A DNA stretch of 63,927 nucleotides, filler included, from Saprolegnia diclina VS20 (taxonomy: Eukaryota), in NCBI RefSeq assembly GCF_000281045.1. It is 5 parts of 3 records of this genome, joined end to end, with 100 filler letters (N's around TTAATTAATTAA, not from the genome) between each part and the next. Parts side by side here need not be neighbours in the genome. Positions count along the whole stretch, not along the records: positions 39,061 to 60,869 come from NW_008246134.1; positions 60,970 to 62,739 come from NW_008246134.1; positions 62,840 to 63,927 come from NW_008246135.1; 2 more parts are not named here. One strand, 5' to 3'. A program made the position numbers and the translations under genes. Below, piece by piece: positions 56,923 to 63,927 of the stretch. The notes beneath the pieces were generated by a model, which worked only from the letters and a program-made list of their open reading frames with translations, did no database searches and was not told where the DNA came from. Every line of letters begins with the position of its first letter. Within the stretch, counting starts at the first letter, position 1.

Positions 56923-59900
56923 TTAGAGCTCGTTGCTGAAGCGAGGCACGCCGCTCGGGCGGCGGTCCACGGCCGCCTCCGACTTGAAGATGCCTTTTCC
57001 AAAGTACTCTGCAATCGTGTTGAAGCCGTCGGCCGCCGTCTCGAGCTACACATGCCCATGAGATCTCTACAATCACCGACACGACGTACTTGGTTGAAAA
57101 ACTGCTCGTGGTTGCCAGCCTTGACTTCGAGCGACTGCTTCAAGCTCAACAAGTGGCGGTGCTCGGGCGCACACGTGATACACTCGCGCTCCGTCTCGGA
57201 AATGCAATTCTACGACACGTTCGTCCAAGATTGTCGATGCAAGTACGTACTTGGTGGAACGAGTGGCCGCACATGAAATGCACCACAGGTAGATCCAAGT
57301 CGTGGCTGCAGAGGTCGCACTTGGTGGCTTGGAAGACCATCGCCTTGGACGAGAGACCGGCCATTTGCGTGCGCATCTTGGCCGTGTCTTGCTTGTACTT
57401 TTTGATCTCGTCGCTGTCGGCGTCAATGTGCGCCTGGTCCTTCTTGAGCTGGCTCACGACGTACGGCCGCACGACCGAGAGCGGCATCTCGCGCGATTGG
57501 CTCAAGATCGACACCTACAGCCCACACGTATCAACTTGATAGCTCGATACTATAATGCGACGCACCACTTGAAGCGGCGGAATCTGCAACGTCGGCGTCA
57601 CGTCCACGAGCGCGAGCAGCTGCTTGAGCTCGCTCCACTCGTCCGTCGAGCGCACCGACGAGCCTTTGGGATACGGTCCGCGCTCGGCAAAGTACCGCAG
57701 CGCCAGCAGCCAGAGATTGCTGTCGGTTTGCTGCTTGACGAGCTCGAGCACAGCCGCGTCTTCGCCCTCTTCCATGTGGTGCTGCAGGAGCATGTGGTAC
57801 ATGTGCAGCTTCTGGTACAGATACCGCTTGCCCTGCTTGAGCCCGTGCATCTGCATCAAAATGAGCGCGTGGTCTTCGTCGTACTTGACGCGCGGGTTGT
57901 CGAGGAGCGAGAGGACCGCGGCTTCGGTCGTCACGGGCGACGGCGCTTCGTGCACTTCCGGCTCTTCGCTGTCGTCGTCCTTGGGCACGTCGCGCTTGTG
58001 CGTGTCGTTGAGGACCATCTCGAGCAGCGTGTTGCCAATCGACGTGTTGCTGACGCTTTCGACTTGGACAATGTACTCGAGAAACTCGCGAAGTTGCGTG
58101 CGGTGCGACACAAAGAGGTGCAAAAAGTCACCTAGACACGCCACCTTAGCTCTCGCCACCATGCTCGTCGCCGTACCAGGGTCCGACTTGGCGTTGGTCG
58201 TAGCCGAGAAGCGACCCGTGCACAGCTGCTGGAGAAGCTCTGTCGTCGGGCCCGGGAGATGCGTCACAAGCGTGCGGCCATATTTGCGCAGATTCATATC
58301 GGCCTCGGCAAACGACAGTCCTATCGGTCGCTTTATAAACATGTCGCATAGTCTTTTCGAGAACGTACCGCGAATGTAGTCGAGGGCATCGGCGACACGG
58401 GCGTGCTCGGCGTCGCTGAGGGTATCCGAGATGCGGTCGAGTTGGATCTTGAGGTACCACGAGTGCTCGGCGTGCTTTCTCGCGAGCGCGAGCGCGTGCT
58501 GCGGGTAGTTTTCACGCAAGACCGTCAGCGCCGTCTCGACGTCGAACGTGAGCGCTTGCGGCGTGCCTTCCTTGGCGTTGCTGCCATCGTCGTCAATGAG
58601 CAGGAACGCATCGAGCTTCTTGACGTCCTTGAGCTTGGTGTAGCACTATATCAATCTTTCAAATCGTCAACGTGTCAAGGCCATCAGACGCACGTTGAGG
58701 AGGAGCGTCGTGTGTTCGGCGGTCGCAAAGGCCTTGGTGTGCAGCGTCTCGAGGTACGTCGTGAGGTTGTGGATGCGCTGCGCGTCCAAGAAGCGGCGAA
58801 TCACGTACGACGGCTCGACGTGTCCTAACCCATGTCTCTCGCAATTACACGAGACAGCGGTTATCTACCGATCGTGCGCGCATACTGGCGCAAGCTGCCG
58901 TCGTAGTCGCCCTTGTTGTAGAGGAAGTCGCCATACATGCGGAAGATGTCCATGATGCTCGAGAGGTCGTAATTCGAGCTAAACGCAAGCGAAATCGCGA
59001 TCGGGTACAGGTTCTTGTCAAAGAGAATGCTGAGCTTGGACGCCGTGTCCTTCTCGCTCAACCGGTAGACCTAACGCCATCAATTCGCCACAAATTTTGA
59101 GAAAACTAAAGTCGCCATACCGAGCCAAACGACGTGACGACAAAGACGGCGCCAAATTCGCTCACAACGTGCCGAATCTCTTCGACTTCTTCGTACCCAA
59201 AGCGCGTAGCGACCACGTTCCGGGACGACGCGCCTACATGCCAACGTCCAAGCTCAGAAAACGAACACGACGATAGCTGTGTACCCGGCAGCGCCTTGGC
59301 CGTGTTGGTGAGGATCCAGTTGAACGCAATGCACTTGTTTTGGAGATCGTAAATGTTGAGCTGGTTGCGACCTACATAAAAAAATTGCCATAAAAAATTC
59401 GGAAAATTTCCTGAAATATGGTGAAAAATGGTGACAATACCGCGCGAATCGGCGTGCGCGACAAGCAAATAGTGCTTGAAGAACCCAAGGTACTTTTTGT
59501 CGCCTTCGAAACCAAAGCACCCAGTGCGGTCCTCGGGCGTGTAAAAGTACACGGCGTCCGTCTGGCCCATGCACATGTCGCCGTCGTCGTTGACGCAGCC
59601 GCAGTGCAGCGCGACGCCTGCACAAGCCGATGAGATCCCACAAACCAGCGGTATAAGTCGCACCGCGCTCGTCGAGCACGACGGATCGGGGCATGAGGCT
59701 GTTCTTGGACTTGACGTCGTCGCAGTGGTAGCACGTGAGACCGCGCTTCGTGGCCGCGTACAAGTAGAGCGCGTTCTCTGTCGACGTCTTGCCCGGGCCG
59801 GCCGCGGGCTTGGGTTTCATGGCAAAGCTCAGGTTCGTCACAGGCGAGTTGATGGCCGACTGCAACAGCAATGGCGGGCCACCACCCGACATGCCCGGCG

Positions 59901-60700
59901 CACGACGCTACATGCATGTCGTTGTAGGTGAATGCGGTGCACAGTCGTACCTTCATTTCGCTCCGGAACAAGATGATGGCGCCATTGCTCAGGCCTACGG
60001 CGATCTGCGACGCGTCTTCCGAGACGGCAAAGGCCGTGACGGCTTCCTCGGGAAACTACATAGTCCATGAGAGGCGATGGATCATGGATGTTGGCGACCT
60101 TGGCAAAGATCTTGAGCTGCAAAATGAGCTTGGGTTTGCCTTCGCGATCCTGCTGGTCCGTGCGCCACATCTTGACGAGCGCCGTGCTGTTCTGGACGCT
60201 GCCCGTCGACGTGTACATTTGTTGCTGTCCATCATGGCGCATGAGTTGGCGTCGATGCCATGAATCATGTACCTCGTCTGTCTGCGCCTGCGTGCGGTTG
60301 GCCTCTGCGACGGCTTTGGACGACTGGATCAAGTCGGGGTCGCGCGGATCCTTGCCGTCGCCGATCGAGACCAAGACGTTGGTCTTTTTCATCTGCCCAC
60401 GACGCCATGAGGCCAGGATCGTGCGAGACGCGAGCGTACCATGACGACGTGCGAGACAAAGTGGTCGTGGGCGCGGAACGCACGCGTCTCGAGCTGGCGG
60501 TTGGCCATGTGGATCTGGCCTTGGGCGTCGCCGACGATCAAGAGACCGCGGTTGCCGCTCATGCACGTCACGTCGACGCCCTACGCATGGTTGGCCTCGT
60601 CGTCTTGGCGGCGATAGGACGCATGTACCCGCAGCCAGTTGCCATTGCCGTCCTTGAGGAGGTCGCGGTCAAAGAAGTTGAATCGCCGCCACTGCGCCAT
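56923..60700 (-). CDS. VPS11: Vacuolar protein sorting 11 (HOPS/CORVET core), many introns
   Basis: MAQWRRFNFFD; KLSILFDKNLYPIAISLA; YGDFLYNKGDYDGSLRQY; YVIRRFLDAQRIHNLTTYLE; RING FQATKCDLCSHDLDLPVVHFMCGHSFH; GFNTIAEYFGKG. Confidence 0.95.
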
Positions 60701-60869
60701 GCTGCGGCCGAAGGAAGGAGCTGACTTGTGCTTGCGAAATGCTCGGCTCGCAACCAGACTTGATGTTTGTATCGGGCAATAACCTGTAATAATACATATG
60801 TTTGGGTATACATTTTGAAGGTGTTTTCGGATATGGCAACTTCAATGCGCCAGCTCGTGCATCATACAG

Positions 60870-60969
60870 NNNNNNNNNNNNNNNNNNNNNNNNNNNNNNN
60901 NNNNNNNNNNNNNTTAATTAATTAANNNNNNNNNNNNNNNNNNNNNNNNNNNNNNNNNNNNNNNNNNNN
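60870..60969. other. Artificial contig linker
   Basis: 44 N + TTAATTAATTAA + 44 N. Confidence 0.97.
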
Positions 60970-61493
60970 ATGCGAGATGACTACGAGGGGCATGACGGGC
61001 ACGAGTGGTGCCGCCGCCATTGCCACTGGCACCCTGGGTTTGGCATGCGCTGCTATTGGCGTTGCTGGTAGATGCGTCAACCAAATCTGAACACGCAACA
61101 TTTTGGTCGCACGTCCTTTGTGTCTTGACAGAGTGCTGTTACGAGTCGCTCTCTGTTGTGTCCATGTTGTATCAGCTCTGTATCAGGGTATCAAGTCACC
61201 GCGGTCGAGTGTATACCGGCAACAATTCTGGAAGACCTCTGGTGACACAGACAATTACTCAGTACTTGCCGCTCGAGCTCGGTGGCGTTGTGCCGGGGTT
61301 GTCTGTGTTCAACCAGCTGCAAGGACGCGTCTGCGTGCGTCAAACGCTACGCATTGGTGCGACTCGCACGAAGCAGCTGGAAGAACTTGGCGAGCTTGCC
61401 AACAGCGTACAGCTGCTCTGCACGGCACGCACCTCAAACCAGAGGGTGTCAAAAGCCTTCGAAAGGCCGGTGCCCAACCATCACATAACACAA

Positions 61494-62335
61494 TGAGCGA
61501 CGCGGACGACACGCGCTCCAGTTCTCCAAAACAGGTTGCATCCAAGACGACGCGCACAGCCAAAGCCTCGGCACACAAGGCCACCGACACGCTCGACGAC
61601 AAGGCTGCTCGTCTCGATAAGCAACGCCAGGGCAAAGCACCTGCACGCGCCGTCCACAAGGCCATCCACACGCAAGAGTTGTCACGGCCAAAAAGCCGCG
61701 CTTCGACGCACGCAACTCGATCAACATGCTCAAAGCGACTTGTCAAAATCTCATGGTGCGGGCTGCGGCCAAGGCTGTGGTCTCGTTGTCGTGGACGTTG
61801 AGAGCACGAGAATTCGCTGCACCATGTTCAACGATGCCGCGACCCGCTTCGACACCTAGCTCCAGCTCAACGACATCTGCTGCATCACGAATGCGCTGGT
61901 CTGTAACCACCAAGATTTCTGTCGTACTTTGACATCCGATTGTTCAAGGACACCATCGTCCGCTCGGTCGACGACGACTGCTGTGTGCCGGAGATCCATG
62001 TCTCCGCGACCATTGCAACGCTGCCCACGCACAAAGTGATCGATAACGTTTGCATGCTCGCGATCTGCCACGCCCTTGAACCCAGCACCGACGACAAGAG
62101 TCTTGCCACGCGGGTTGATGACTTGGCAGGCAGCTCTTGCGCCACCATTCGACCTGCGTTGTTCGGCAAGTATGTCCATTCAGCGACACAAGATTCGGTT
62201 GGTCAGTGTTCTAGCTTCAACGTTTCAAAGTCAACAACGAGCGCGCCATCTCAGCCTCCACCCAAGCATGCATTTCCATCGCTGCATCGTAGCCCAAGGC
62301 CAAGCGTCGTCTTCACTTGGTACAGCACTAAGTGA
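61494..62335 (+). pseudogene. Coding-like but broken region (possible gene relic)
   Basis: MSDADDTRSSSPK...DKAARLDKQRQGK is followed by coding-like segments in shifted frames with stops; no recognisable family. Confidence 0.3.
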
Positions 62336-62739
62336 GCTCATCCTCAGCCTCCTTGTCCATCGACTGCATTTCCCCTCCGCAATTCATTCTAACCACCATC
62401 ATGTAACTTTTCATTTTCACTCCACTCTCTTTCTTCTTTGCAAATGGAGAACATCTCCTGCAATTTCACTTTACCACAAAAAAGAGGTTTTCTACTAGCC
62501 ACATCTGCAGGAACCTAGTAAACCAGTTTGCCTATACGATCTCAGATGCGACGATGACAACAAGGACGTAAGCATGACCTCGCAGAAAAACGACGTGCTC
62601 GTCGATTCCGATCTGGTATCGTCGGGAGTGGTTGATGGGTCGTTCACTCGCGACCAGCGATGGCTATCGACCACTTGGATCCGACTTTAGATTTTGTTGA
62701 GCTGCAGTTTGCGATTGCACCTATGAAGCCCACGACGAT

Positions 62740-62839
62740 NNNNNNNNNNNNNNNNNNNNNNNNNNNNNNNNNNNNNNNNNNNNTTAATTAATTAANNNNN
62801 NNNNNNNNNNNNNNNNNNNNNNNNNNNNNNNNNNNNNNN
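62740..62839. other. Artificial contig linker
   Basis: 44 N + TTAATTAATTAA + 44 N. Confidence 0.97.
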
Positions 62840-63495
62840 GTTTGATCAAGCGAGGCAGCGCGGCGCCGATCGACTAACTTTAGGAGGGTATCGACTCGTA
62901 CTTGGCGACACGCAGCTAACGGTGTAAAGACGGCCTTTCTTCTCAAAGCAATGGGTTTGCAGTGGCGTGTATGGCAGCTCCAAGCCACATTGGGCCAAAC
63001 CATATTGGCGCTCACGATAGCAGGAGTCGCGCGTCGTTGAGTACTCCTTGCGGGTGTCGCCACCGCCAATGGCCTCGGCGATGATGCAGGCGCGACTGGA
63101 GCAAAGCAGACGCAGGAGCTTTCTGGCCATCGCGCCATGATTCTCAGCTGATTTTCTGTTGCTAATTCCTGCGTTACGATTGGCTAAAACACAAGAGCAT
63201 GTGCGATGCCATTGGTTGGAATGTCTTGCCGATGTGCGCTGGCGCGACTGGCATCGTTTGCGACGCACCTACGAACGCGATGCCTCGGACCGGACGTCTA
63301 CCAAGTCGTCAAGTTGTGCATTGTAGTGGAGCTCTTTGGTGGTGCGCTTCTCCTAACCTTATTGTATTACATACGTCAGTGGCGTTGCGGACTATTATTT
63401 TTGGCGTTCGCCATAAAAGCCACATTTAACTCACATCGCCATGTGCAACCTCGAGACATCGGCCAAACCACATTTGAAAATGAAATTGTCCATAC

Positions 63496-63927
63496 TTAGC
63501 ATACTGATAAAAGACACTTTGGGGAGTACGAAATGATGTTGCTGTGGTCGTTGGGCGGCACGGTTTGTTGGTCGTCGAGTACCGGTGCCGTCGTCGCGTT
63601 GCTCGGCGGCGCTGTCGTTCGGCCAAAGAACTGGTTGTCGAGGTTCGTAGGCGCCGGCGTCTGCGTCTCGGGGTTCTTGAGGAGGTTCTGGAGGCTTTGA
63701 TCGACTGTTGCAGGTGGTTGCGTTGTAACGTCGATGGGAATCATCGTTGGCGTTGGTGTCGTCTTGTCAGGGCTGCCTGTTGGGACAGATGTTGGTGCCG
63801 GCGTAGGCCCTGGTGTCGGCGTCGGCTTTGGTGACGGGTCCGGCGTGGGAGCTGGCGTTGGTGTCGGTCCCGGTGTTGGATCGGGTGTCGGAGCTGACGT
63901 CGGCGTCGGCTTCGGTGATGGGTCCGG
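63496..63927 (-). CDS. Pro/Thr-rich mucin-like segment of a gene that starts beyond the window end
   Basis: The minus frame is open from the edge: PDPSPKPTPTSAPTPDPTPGPTPTPAPTPDPSPKPTPTPGPTPAPT...TTQPPATVDQ. The 3' end is uncertain. Confidence 0.7.
   Translation of the reverse strand, partial: PDPSPKPTPTSAPTPDPTPGPTPTPAPTPDPSPKPTPTPGPTPAPTSVPTGSPDKTTPTPTMIPIDVTTQPPATVDQSLQNLLKNPETQTPAPTNLDNQFFGRTTAPPSNATTAPVLDDQQTVPPNDHSNIISYSPKCLLSVC

Noticed and set aside
31057..62839. TTAATTAATTAA palindrome occurring four times within N runs
   Set aside because: Identical 44N-12-44N layout with stops in all six frames marks an artificial scaffolding linker, not biology.
62840..63480. Short ORFs after the last linker
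   Set aside because: No recognisable motif or consistent frame; they may be exons or relics but cannot be supported.
1..63927. tRNA, rRNA or an intact transposase/reverse transcriptase gene
   Set aside because: No cloverleaf around the GGTTCGA hits (13676, 42612, 55390), no rRNA-like blocks, and no DDE or RT motifs recognised by eye; tRNAscan-SE and RepeatMasker would be decisive.

Overview
Gene-dense, GC-rich eukaryotic DNA with many short (about 40-80 nt) GT-AG introns. Gene content and style fit an oomycete, most likely Saprolegniales (Saprolegnia/Achlya-like); this is an inference. Four artificial 100-nt linkers (44 N + TTAATTAATTAA + 44 N) split the window into five contigs, so adjacency across them is unproven. 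Recognisable housekeeping genes: WDR33/Pfs2, PH-CAMK kinase, CDT1, ABC-F, two WLM/Wss1 proteases, RPB4, TRM11, Mpv17, Bud32 and VPS11. Other genes include a membrane-anchored papain and an Mx-like dynamin. Three local paralog clusters stand out: (1) three divergent 7TM-RGS receptor-like genes; (2) a 4-5 copy tandem array of signal-peptide-less proteins with a conserved head, a coiled coil and a variable C1q/TNF-like domain, one copy pseudogenised; (3) two chromo-like/PHD/ankyrin genes ending in a HECT-like domain with no visible catalytic Cys. Also notable: a stand-alone ANP32E-ZID-like acidic mini-protein, a recurring palindromic TATCCGGATA element just upstream of many genes, a perfect 37-bp-stem hairpin upstream of ABC-F, two 31-bp tandem repeats, and an inverted pseudogene relic beside the dynamin. 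All domain calls are by eye from motifs, with no database searches, and exon boundaries are approximate unless stated.
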